The translations under genes and the position numbers were made by a program. A stretch of 11,644 nucleotides of DNA from NCBI GenBank assembly GCA_004022145.1, contig RCNU01000057.1, one strand, 5' to 3'. The DNA comes from Paecilomyces variotii. Lineage: Eukaryota. Every line of letters begins with the position of its first letter. Position 1 is the first letter of the stretch. The notes beneath the pieces are model-generated. The model saw only the letters and a list, made by a program, of their open reading frames with translations, did no database searches and was not told where the DNA came from. This document shows positions 1 through 9,767 of this stretch, one piece after another.

Positions 1-4
1 GTTA

Positions 5-25
5 ATATTTTATTTTAATCCTCTT
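5..25 (-). other. Putative polypurine tract of copy A (RIP-degraded)
   Basis: Purine-rich aagaggattaaaataaaatat spans the integrase stop (17-15) and precedes the first bases of the LTR; the homologous stretch in B is ~8875-8895. The original G-richness is inferred. Confidence 0.5.
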
Positions 26-3000
26 ATAGATAGTAGCCTTTTAAATAATTCCTATAAATTAAATCCCTAAAAGATATATTATCTAACTCCTTAAGCTTAT
101 AGAATCCTTTCTTAAGGACTTCTTTAATTCTATATAGTCTAAGCCAGCAGTATGCCAGTTTTATAGAGTAAGATATCTTAAGCTTTATATTATAAAGCAG
201 AATAAGCTATCTTTCTATTAATTATTCTTTGTAGAGCTATTTCTTATTATTAAAGACTTTCTTACTAGCTTCTCTTATATATTAGACGCGAAGTCGGGCT
301 TCTTTTATATCCTAATCTTAGAACTTTATCTATTATATATAAAGGAGTAGAAGATCTTCTATAGTCCTAACCTTATCCTATGCTAAAATCTTTTAAATAG
401 GCACTTTTAGTTTAATTAATAGTACAGCATTATATCCTATAATTACTCTAAATAATATTAAGCCTATAGAGGTCTTAATTATATTCCTATTTGCCTAAAT
501 TATTATTAGTAGATAATTTATTTAATTTATTCTTATTTTTTTTATAAGTTTTCTAATACTATATATAAAGGACTTATATATAACTTTAACTACTTTATTC
601 GCTTATAGGTTATATAGTAAGACTTTAATACAGTTAATCTTATACTTCTATACTAATATATTAACTATAGCTTTATTCTCTAGTCTTTTATTATTAATAA
701 GTATCTCTATTACTTCTTAATAATAAATCTAGTCTTCTTATAGGAATTTAGCAATAGTTCTTAAAATAGGGCTATTAAGGGCTCTATATTTAACTTAACT
801 AAAGTTGTCCTAAAGTATAGCAATATAAGTCTTTTCCTTATTAAGCGGTATAATCTTGCAGATATTTAAGTATAGCTTTAATCTCTCTAGTAAAATAAAT
901 ATCGATTATAAAGCTTTTTCTATATATTTTTTATCTGCTTTCTAATATTTATTATATATCTTTACCTATCTAGCAATATACTTATATAGGCCTTTTTATT
1001 AATATTAATTAGCTACCTTTTAATAGGTTGCTTTATACTTATAATATTTATGCTCTTTATAAAGAGCTATAAGAATTTTTTTTTACTTTTTTTTATTATT
1101 AATAATTATGCGGTAAGGCTAATTTTATTATACTCTCTAGAAAAGCATATTATTTTAGACTATATACTTTAAGGCCTCTTTTTTAAACTTAGTATACTAT
1201 TCTCTATCTATATTATCTAGTTTTATTATAGTTTATAATTATTCTATAATTAGTAAAGACTTTTCTAACCAATATAATATAGGTGTTAATTAAGGGATAC
1301 TATTTAATTCTACCTCTTATATATTAGTATAATAGACTATATAAAATTATAGGTCTAGGAATTTCTCTATATTATTATCTTCTACCTCTTCTAAGTCTTG
1401 CTTTATTATTAGCTTTTAAGATAACTTATCTACAACTAAGTTTTTTTTCCCTAATATATAGACAATATTAAAGTTAAATAGCTAAATTTAAGTAATCTAT
1501 TAAATAACTACTAACTTAAGAAAATCTATAATTATTTTATTTAGTTATACTACTAGAGTTTTTATATTTATCTCTAATTAAAAGTATATACTATATAAAT
1601 ATACTTAAAATTTATAAAGCACTTTTAGCACTGCCCTATACTCTAGCTTTCCTTTATTATATTATCTCTCTGCCTATATCTATACTCTACTTTTATATTT
1701 AGCTAAATATCTCTTATTAGACTCTTTTTCTTCTTAAGTAAGTTAAGCCTCTTATTTATTACTACTAGCATTAATATTAATAATAATTATACTTTCCTTT
1801 TTATAATTAATTAGCTTAAGTGCTAGTACTATTATTAGGGCCACTTTTAAAATATCTATTACTTTTTATTATTTTAGCCCTTAAAAGAAGTCTTATCTCT
1901 TTCTTAATATTAAGTATATTAGCTTAGCTTTAGTAGTATATTTTTCGATCTATATCTAGTAATAAGCTATAACCCCTAGAAATTCTCTTATTTCCTATAA
2001 GTTCTGATAAGGTAACTACTTTAAGATCTTAATTACCTTAGCTAACTTAAGATATCTCCCTTTAGCGTTATATATATAGCCTATTATTTTAATTCTTAGT
2101 ACTGCGAATTATAATTTCTCTTTAATAATTATTAAACCTGCAAGTTTAAGATTATATAGTACCTTATTAATATTCTAGATATATTTAAATATAAACCTTC
2201 TAATTCCCGGCAATATCTCTTCCCCCTTATAATTAGTCTTAAGTTCTTATATTAGCGCATTATCTAGAAATATATTATAGATATTAGGAATATTGTCTAT
2301 TAGTACTTTTATAACTCCTTATATAAACTCCTATATTATATTTATTTATCCTTAGAGTAATCTAGTTTAATAAATTAAACTAATCCCTAGCATATAGAAA
2401 GCTGTTAAGTCCCATAATTTCTCAGCTAACTTTAACTAATTATACCTAGAGAATAAGTCTATAAGCGTTAATACCAGTATTTTACTGAACTCTTCTAAGA
2501 ACTTATTAGCTAAAGGGGGTAGATTAACGTCTTATATTATTATTTAATTAACTTCTATAATTATATTAATTAAGCAATATTTACTACTTTTCTTTTTTAC
2601 TAAGAACTATAGATTTTGGTAGGGTTCTTAATTATATTTAAGAATCCCTATATTTATTCTTTCTTTTACTATCTCTTATATTATATTATAGAGTGCCTTT
2701 AATATTAGGAAGCTCTTTGCCTGCTATAGTTTATAATCTATAGTCTAAATAATAATTAGAGGTATAACTTCTAGGTATATTTATTTAATCTCTTTAAAAA
2801 TTTAGGTAAGGATTATTTCTCGGGCAAAAAGCACCTTTATTAATAATTCTTTCTCTTTTAGCTATAAATTATTACCTATAATAAGATTCTTCAGATAGTT
2901 TAGCATTAATCTTATTCTTCTCTTAATATCTAATATTTTTAGCTAGATATATTTAGTAAATCCTCTATATATTTTTTTTATACTTTTTTAGGGATTTTTA

Positions 3001-3340
3001 TAATAGCGCTTCTTAATAACTTTTTTTTATTTTAATAATTTCCCTAAAGCTGCTATAAGTCTATTTAATATATTTACTAAATAAATCTTTTTATATTTCT
3101 TCTTATACTATATATTAATAGAATATTTTATTTTTATAATAAAAAAGTTATACCTTTTAAATAGTCTATACCTCTATAACCTTCTAACTTCTTTATTTAA
3201 TTTAGTAGGTTTAAATATCTTTACCCCTTTATTTTTAATTTCCTCGCTCGCTTTAAAGCTAATATTATTTATTAAGTATAGCTTCTATAGGCCTTCTCTA
3301 TTCTTAGTCTAGTACTTATTATTCTTTTCTAGCTTTAGTT
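15..3340 (-). pseudogene. pol: pol ORF2 relic of copy A: reverse transcriptase, RNase H, integrase (many RIP stops)
   Basis: One frame with no net indel from ~3338 to TAA at 17-15. De-RIPed motifs: YKKKHEKIHPV (3107), RLTPDRL (~2910), DLFSGYDQ (GAC TTA TTC TCT AGG TAT AAT TAG, 2459), FLDD (TTT CTA GAT AAT, 2270), PGIRRF (CCG GGA ATT AGA AGG TTT, intact), FLG..YYR, RNase H DASGDGWG (1772), integrase H-x4-H..C-x2-C (from 1061), DGGPEN (~690), SPYNPQANGVVE (~620-585), WLGPY (146-132). Confidence 0.92.
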
Positions 3341-3344
3341 TAAT
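3335..3344 (-). promoter_or_regulatory. Candidate -1 ribosomal frameshift heptamer (A/G)_TTA_AAC followed by the ORF1 stop TAA
   Basis: The minus strand reads ...GAG TTA TTA AAC TAA in the gag-PR frame, and the downstream pol motifs are in the -1 frame. ATTAAAC de-RIPs to GTTAAAC. The frame change is only bracketed between ~3518 and 3107, and only one copy covers it. Confidence 0.6.
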
Positions 3345-5551
3345 AACTCTTATACCCAGGATAATAGATTATATAATATCTCTTTCCTTAACTTATTTCT
3401 CAGGTTATCTATTAAAAATATCTAAATAATAGCTCAATTCTTTTAGTCTATAAAGTAAATTATACTCTTTATTATTCTATCTAATAGAGCAATATACTAT
3501 AAATATACTTAATGCTTAAAAGGCTATCCTAGAATATAATTATAATTAATCTTATTATTTACTATAAAGAAAGGGACCTTATAATAAAAAGATCTTATCT
3601 ATATAAATACCTCCTTATAGAGACCTATAAAAGGGGTCTGCCCACTATTTACTAATATTATATTATCTCTAAATTTCTGGCTTATAATAAGTTTATAGTA
3701 ATTTGCTATATCTCTATATATTATATTAATTTTAGCTTTACTATCTATTATAATATTTTATATTTTCTTATAACTATTAATTTTAATTAGCAACTTTAGA
3801 GTTATAGCTATATATAATACTTTATCTTTATTAAAAGACTTAAATTATAAGAATATATAAGTGCACTAATCTGCATTATTTACTATATACTCTATATTTA
3901 ATATAGAGGTATTAAATTATACTCCTTTAGTATTATAAAATATTACCTTTATTATTACCTGCTATAATTATAAAGTAAATAAGGCCTTATATAAATTAAG
4001 AGATAGACTAATAAGGTCTTAAATTAATATCTAAACTCTAGTATCTAGTATCTAGTTTATAACCCCTATTATATTAATAGTCCCTTTTAACTTATCTATA
4101 ATTTTAAACCTCTTTAACTTCTATTTCTTTTTTATCTTAATAGCTTTTTTATCTTTATTCTACTTAGATATATCTTTTATTTTCTCTTTAACTATTCTTA
4201 CTTTCTTAGTTATGCTTAGAGGCTAATAATTGCTAAATTAGTTTATCTTAACTAAAGGAAATCTCTATTTTTATTTAATTATTTTCTGCAGTTTTTTTTT
4301 ATATAATTATTCAATCCCGCTTTACTTTTTTTTTATTTTTTAGGGCTTATCTAATTCTATTATATTAATAGAGTAGTAATTTTTTATAATATTCCTAGCT
4401 TCTTCTTTAGAGCTTAAGTTATCCCTAGGCTATCCCAGCATAATCGACTAGATATTATACCTGATTAAGCTAATATTCCTTTACTCTTCTTTTAGTCTCT
4501 ATTTAATAATCTCCTTTTACAATATATTCCCTTATATAAGATAAATAACTTCTCTATTCTATCCTTCCGGCCTAAAATAAAGTTTATAATTTTCTTCCTA
4601 ATAAATAAGCTTCTAATTTAAGAGGCTTTTTAAATCTAGATAATAAGATTAAATATAATCAGAAGCCTAGCAGAAGTTATATAAGTTTAGAGGTATTTTA
4701 AATCCTCTAATTGGGTTAAATCCTAAAGGCGCCCTAGCTTATATATTTATACTAATATTAGGTATACTATTATTAGGCCTCCTTATATACTGTATACTAT
4801 ATAGTTTTAACTTCTTAAACTCTTTTATTAATTAATTAATCTATAACTGCTCTATTAACTTTACTTTAATACTCTATTATTTAGTCCTACTCTTATTCTT
4901 ATCTAAATAGGTTTTATTAAGTTTAATAAGAAATTATATATTATCTTTTTTAGTTATTTTCTCCTTTATTAAAGCTATTATATCTTAATCTTTCTTTAGT
5001 TTACCGCTATTAAGATAGCAAAAAGTTTTAATTATTCTTACTCTATCTACTACCTCCTTACAGAAATTAGTGTATTTAATAGTAGACAGAGTATAGTAGT
5101 CTATATTTAACTCCTAAACTATCTGCTGCTTAAGCTTTTCTAAAAGTTCTTAAAGATACTAAACTTCCTGCAAGTATTAGCTTAATTTACCTAAAGTTAT
5201 TAACGCTTTTAATATAGCTTAATATTCTTAGTTATATTTCTTTAAATTCTTAGAGCTATTATATTTTATATTTTTAAACCTTTTTAGCTATTAGATATTA
5301 TATTTCCTTTAATACTTATTATAGTAAGTATATTCTTATTTAGTTGCCTCTACTAGTTTTAGGTAGTTCTTTTTTTTATATTTAGGTTAAATATTTATCT
5401 ATAATAATATTAACAGGCTATAATAATTTATAAACTATTTAGTTTTTTCCTCTTCTAGGAGTTAATTTACCTTATATAGCCTTTTAAAAAGCCTTAAGTA
5501 ATAAGTAATATTATCCCCTTTAAAATATAGTGCCCTAGGATTTCTAGGCAT
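3335..5551 (-). pseudogene. gag: ORF1 relic of copy A: gag plus aspartic protease (true start may lie further upstream)
   Basis: ATG CCT AGA AAT CCT AGG GCA CTA TAT TTT at 5551 (MPGNPGAPYF-like). CX2CX4HX4C knuckle at 4681-4640 (TAT AAC TTC TGC TAG GCT TCT GAT TAT ATT TAA TCT TAT TAT). Protease GAT AGT AAA GCT AAA ATT AAT (DSGAEIN) at 3745 and ILGRPF-like at 3535. All are in one frame (offsets 870, 936 and 210 nt). Confidence 0.85.
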
Positions 5552-6074
5552 TAGTATCTGCAGAGCTAATATAACCTAGATTAACTGTATTATTAGTAGT
5601 CCTATATTTTTAAATGCCCGAGCTATCTATATCTCTAGACCTAGTAATATTAAAGAACTAAGAGTTCTTCTATCTTAACTAATACTAAAAAGATTAGTGC
5701 TTTTTTTTATATTTTTTTAAAGGAATAGTAATAAAGATAATAGTAAGAAATTCTTTTACTTTTTAATAAATAATTCTTACTTAGTAATTTCTTATTTTTT
5801 TTAAATTTCTGCTTTTCTTTTATATTTACTAAGCTCTTCCTTATATTTAGTAGTCTTTTCTTTCTCTTATTATTAATACGCGTTTCTGCCTTATATTATA
5901 TTTACTGTCTCTGCTAATCTAAGAGATATATTTATCTTTTTTTATTTATAGTAGTAATCTTCTTTAGCTATTTTACTTATCTTTTTACTGCTTTTTATCC
6001 CTTTCTTTAGTTTTAGCCTTAACCTCGGCTTTTAGTTCTCCTTTCTCCCTTATTTCTACTTAATATTTTAATAT

Positions 6075-6092
6075 CCCCTATATTCAGCTCTA
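6075..6092 (-). other. Primer binding site of copy A (tRNA-Lys-like)
   Basis: TAGAGCTGAATATAGGGG lies a few nt inside the LTR end and converts by transitions alone to TGGAGCCGAACGCGGGGG, complementary to a tRNA 3' end ...GTTCGGC-U-CCA. tRNA identity is from recall and unverified. Confidence 0.65.
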
Positions 6093-6095
6093 ATT

Positions 6096-6426
6096 TTTTG
6101 TAGGAAAATATATTAAGACTTAGTATAGAGTCTTTAAGTAAGCAGATATTAAAAAGAAAAAGAAGGGGATTTAGCTTCGGAGCTTAGAGTAGAGCTAAAA
6201 AAGAAGCTCTAGCTATAGACTAATATAATAAACCAATAATAATCTAATATTAAACTAATATTAAACAATAATAGAAAAGAAAAGCTAATTATTTTATTCT
6301 GAATAATTGAAAGGTATCTTCTCCCTCTTCTCCTGCTTTACTTATAGACCTTTTAAAGACTTTAAGTAAAAGCATATAATCTCTTAACTAATTACATTCT
6401 TTACACCAATTCTCCCTACTATATTA
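6096..6426 (-). repeat. 5' LTR of copy A (~330 bp; both ends +/-3 nt)
   Basis: The reverse complement aligns with no net indel to 8896-9226. It is followed by the PBS, and homology to the B/C LTR stops at 6423-6426. Termini are TA (from TG) and ...cctaca(a). Confidence 0.85.
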
Positions 6427-8885
6427 GAAGAGTTTAATAAAATACTAGTATTAATATTTATAAACTTATTCTCTAGATATAATTAATTAAAGTTAGCTAA
6501 AGAATTATAAGACTTAATAGCTTTCTATATACTAAAGATTAATTTAGTTTATTAAGTTAAATTATTCTAAGGATAAATAAATATAATATAAGAGTTTATA
6601 TAAAAAGTTATAAAAGTACTAATAAATAATATTCTTAATATCTATAATATATTTCTAAATAATATATTAATATAAGGACTTAAAATTAATTATAAGAGAG
6701 AAAAGATATTACTAAGAATTAAAAGGTTTATATTTAAATATATCTAGAATATTAATAAAGTATTATATAGTCTTAAACTTATAGGTTTAATAATTACTAA
6801 GGAGAAATTATAATTTATAGTATTAAGAATTAAAATAATAGGCTATATATATAATATTAAGAGAAAATATACTAAGTTAGCTAAAATAATTAAGATTTTA
6901 AAGTAGTTATTTTATTAAAACCTATAAAAAGTAAGAGAATTTCTAGGGGTTATAGTCTATTACTAGATATAGATTAAAAAATATATTATTAAAGCTAAGC
7001 TAATATACTTAATATTAAAGAAGAGATAAAACTTTTTTTATAATAAATACCTTAAAAATAGCTTTAATAATAATACTAGCATTTAAGCTAATTAATTATA
7101 GAGAAAGAGATATAATTATTATTAATACTAATACTAATAATAATAAATAGAGAGTATAATTTACTTAAAAAAAAAGAGTTTAATAAGAGATACTTAGCTA
7201 AATATAAAAGTAAAGTATAAATATAAGCAGAGAGATAATATAATAAAAGAAAGCTAAAGTATAAGATAATACTAAAGATACTTTATAAATTCTAAGTATA
7301 TCTATATAATATATACTTTTAATTAAAGATAAATATAAAAACTCTAGTTATATAATTAAATAAAATAGCTATAGACTTTCTTAAGTTAATAATTATTTAG
7401 TAAATTATTTAAATTTAGCTATTTAACTTTAATATTATCTATATATTAAGAAAAAAAAACTTAGTTATAGATAAGTTATCTTAAAAGCTAGTAATAGAAT
7501 AAGACTTAGAAAAAATAAAAAATAATAATATAAAGGAATTCTTAAACCTATAGTTTTATATAGTCTATTATATTAATATATAAGAAATAAAATTAAATAA
7601 TATTTCTTAGTTAATACTTATATTATATTAATTAGAAAAGTCTTTATTAATTATAGAATAGTTATAAACTATAATAAAACTAAATAATATAAATAGAGAA
7701 TAATATATTAAGTTTAAGAAAAAGGCCTTAAAGTATATAATATAAGATAATATGCTTTTTTAAAAAGTATAATAAAATTAGCCTTATTATATAATTATTA
7801 ATAATAAGAAAAAGTAAAAGAAAATTTTTATAGCCCTTTATAAAGAGTATAAATATTATAAATATAAAGTAATTTATTAAAAAGTAATTAATTAATATTA
7901 ATAAAAGAGCCTATATAAATATATTACCTAATAGGTAAAAATATATAATAAATATTAAAAGATAAATAAAGAATATATTAAAAAGATATTATAGTTTATT
8001 TTTATTTTACTAAGATAATTAAAGCTCTATTTAAATATTTATAAGATTATATTACCTAGTAAAGGAAAAACTTATATTATAATACTTTAAGATAATTTAA
8101 ATTAAATAAAATATTAAGTATTTAGTAATTTTACTTTAAGAGCTATTATTAAGTTTTTATAAGAAGACTAGATTTATTATTAAGAAATAATAAAAACTCT
8201 TGTTAATAATAGTAAACTAGAGAATAAAGCTATAGTTAATATATTAATATAAAAGTATAAAATTAACTATATTAAAATTATACTATATAATCTATAGGTA
8301 AATAAAGTAATTAAAGTTATATATAAGTTTTTTATATATAGTATTAGAAAACTTATAAAAGAAATAGAAGTAAATTAAGTAAATTATTTACTAGTAATAA
8401 TTTAAGCAAATAAAAATATAATTAAAACCTTTATAAGCTTAATATTATTTAAAGTAATTATAAGATATAATATTATATTATTAATTAAATTAAAAGTACT
8501 TATTTAAAAGACTTTAATATAGGATAAAGTTAGAATTATAGAAAATCTTCTACTTCTTTATATATAATAAATAAAGCTTAGAGATTAAAATATAGAAAAG
8601 GCTTAACTTTATATTTAATATATAAGAGAAGTTAGTAAAGAAGTTTTTAATAATAAGAAATAGCTTTATAAAGAATAATTAATAAAAAAATAGCTTATTT
8701 TACTTTATAATATAAAGCTTAAGATATTTTATTTTATAAAACTAATATATTACTAGCTTAAACTATATTAAATTAAAGAAGTTCTTAAAAAAGAATTCTA
8801 TAAGCTTAAGAAGTTTAATAGTATATTTTTTAAAGATCTAATTTATAGGAATTACTTAAAAGGCTATTATTTATAAAAAGATTAA
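6424..8885 (+). pseudogene. pol: pol relic of copy B (partial RT, RNase H, integrase)
   Basis: DLFSG relic AAC TTA TTC TCT AGA at 6463, FLDD relic TTT CTA AAT AAT at 6652, TTT CTA GGG (FLG) at ~6939, and terminal TAA at 8883-8885 matching A 17-15. There is a ~20-nt deletion at 7040/7041 relative to A. Confidence 0.9.
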
Positions 8886-8895
8886 AATAAAATAC

Positions 8896-9226
8896 TAATA
8901 TAATAGGGAGAATTAGCGTAAAGAATATAATTAGTTAAGAGGTTATATGCTTTTACTTAAAGTCTTTAAAAAGTCTATAAGTAAAGCAAGAGAAGAGAAA
9001 GACAGAACCTTTCAGTTATTTAAAATAAAATAATTAGCTTTATCTTTCTATTATTATTCAGTATTAGTTTAGCATTAGATTATTATTAGTTTACTATATT
9101 AGTTTACAGCTAAAGCTTTTTTTTTAGCTTTACTCTGAGCTCTAAAGCTAAATACTCTTTTTTTCCTTTTTAATACTTACTCGCTTAAAGACTCTATATT
9201 AAGTCTTAATATATCTTCTTATAATA
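8896..9226 (+). repeat. LTR shared by copy B (as 3'LTR) and copy C (as 5'LTR)
   Basis: Preceded by the integrase stop and PPT, followed by PBS and gag, and homologous to 6426-6096. The start is 8896 or 8899 and the end is 9223 or 9226. Confidence 0.85.
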
Positions 9227-9229
9227 AAT

Positions 9230-9247
9230 TAGAGCTAAATATAGGGG
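9230..9247 (+). other. Primer binding site of copy C (tRNA-Lys-like)
   Basis: TAGAGCTAAATATAGGGG immediately follows the LTR and is homologous to A 6092-6075. Confidence 0.65.
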
Positions 9248-9767
9248 GTATTAAAATATTAAGCAGAAATAAGGGAGAAAAAAAAATTAAAAGCTAAGGT
9301 TAAGGCTAAAGTTAAAAAAAAAAGATAAAAAGCAATAAAAAGATAAATAAAATAACTAAAGAAGATTACTATTATAAATAAAAAAAATAAATATATCTCT
9401 TAGATTAATAGAGATAATAAATATAATATAAGGCAAAAATATATATTAATAATAAGAAAAAAAAACTACTAAATATAAGGAAGAGCTTAATAAATATAAA
9501 AGAGAAGTAGAAATTTAAAAAGAATAAGAAATTATTAAATAAGAATTATTTATTAAAAAGTAGAAGAATTTCTTATTATTATCTTTATTACTATTTTTTT
9601 AAAAAAATATAAAAAAAAATACTAATCTTTTTAGTATTAATTAAGATAGAAAGATTTTTAGCTTCTTAATATTACTAGGTTTAGAGATATAAATAACTTA
9701 AATATTTAAAAATACTAGACTATTAATAGCGCAATTAATCTAAGTTATATTAATTCTATAAATACTA

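Larger units (their letters stand above)
1..6426 (-). mobile_element. Ty3/gypsy LTR retrotransposon copy A, near full length (3'LTR lies just left of the window)
   Basis: Minus-strand order is LTR (6426-6096), PBS (6092-6075), gag Zn knuckle (4681-4640), protease DSG (3745-3737), RT (DLFSG at 2459, FLDD at 2270), RNase H DAS (1772-1764), integrase (~1100-15), PPT. PR-RT-RH-IN order defines Ty3/gypsy. Confidence 0.93.
6424..9226 (+). mobile_element. Ty3/gypsy copy B, 3' half (from mid-RT to 3'LTR), interrupted by copy A
   Basis: 6424-8899 is the reverse complement homologue of 2498-1 (ttagaagagtttaataaaatactagta vs ttagaagagttcagtaaaatactggta), then continues into the LTR. Confidence 0.92.

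Noticed and set aside
4031..4048. CTA GAT ACT AGA GTT TAG on the minus strand, resembling a protease LDTGAQ active site
   Set aside because: A better site (VDSGAEIN, 3745) with a correctly spaced ILGRPF lies 100 codons downstream. This one is followed by an ISIQDLVGLSPDL-like spacer, and copy C reads GAT ATT AAA.
4038..4055. Short tandem repeat (ctagtat)x2.5 and many TA-rich micro-palindromes, possible CRISPR-like or regulatory repeats
   Set aside because: It lies within coding relic, is not conserved in copy C, and has no repeat-spacer periodicity; it is expected from convergence to TA-rich sequence.
15..5551. Functional ORFs under an alternative genetic code (TAA/TAG read as Gln)
   Set aside because: Stops also replace conserved Trp and Arg, catalytic Asp/His/Cys codons are mutated, and the changes differ between copies. 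This is mutation, not recoding.
6096..6426. TATA box and polyadenylation signals within the LTRs
   Set aside because: TATA- and AATAAA-like words are ubiquitous after RIP, so none can be supported.
6400..6450. Fold-back read or assembly artefact creating the inverted repeat
   Set aside because: The arms are not mirror images about the junction and differ by many transitions and a ~20-nt deletion, and the break coincides with an LTR end.
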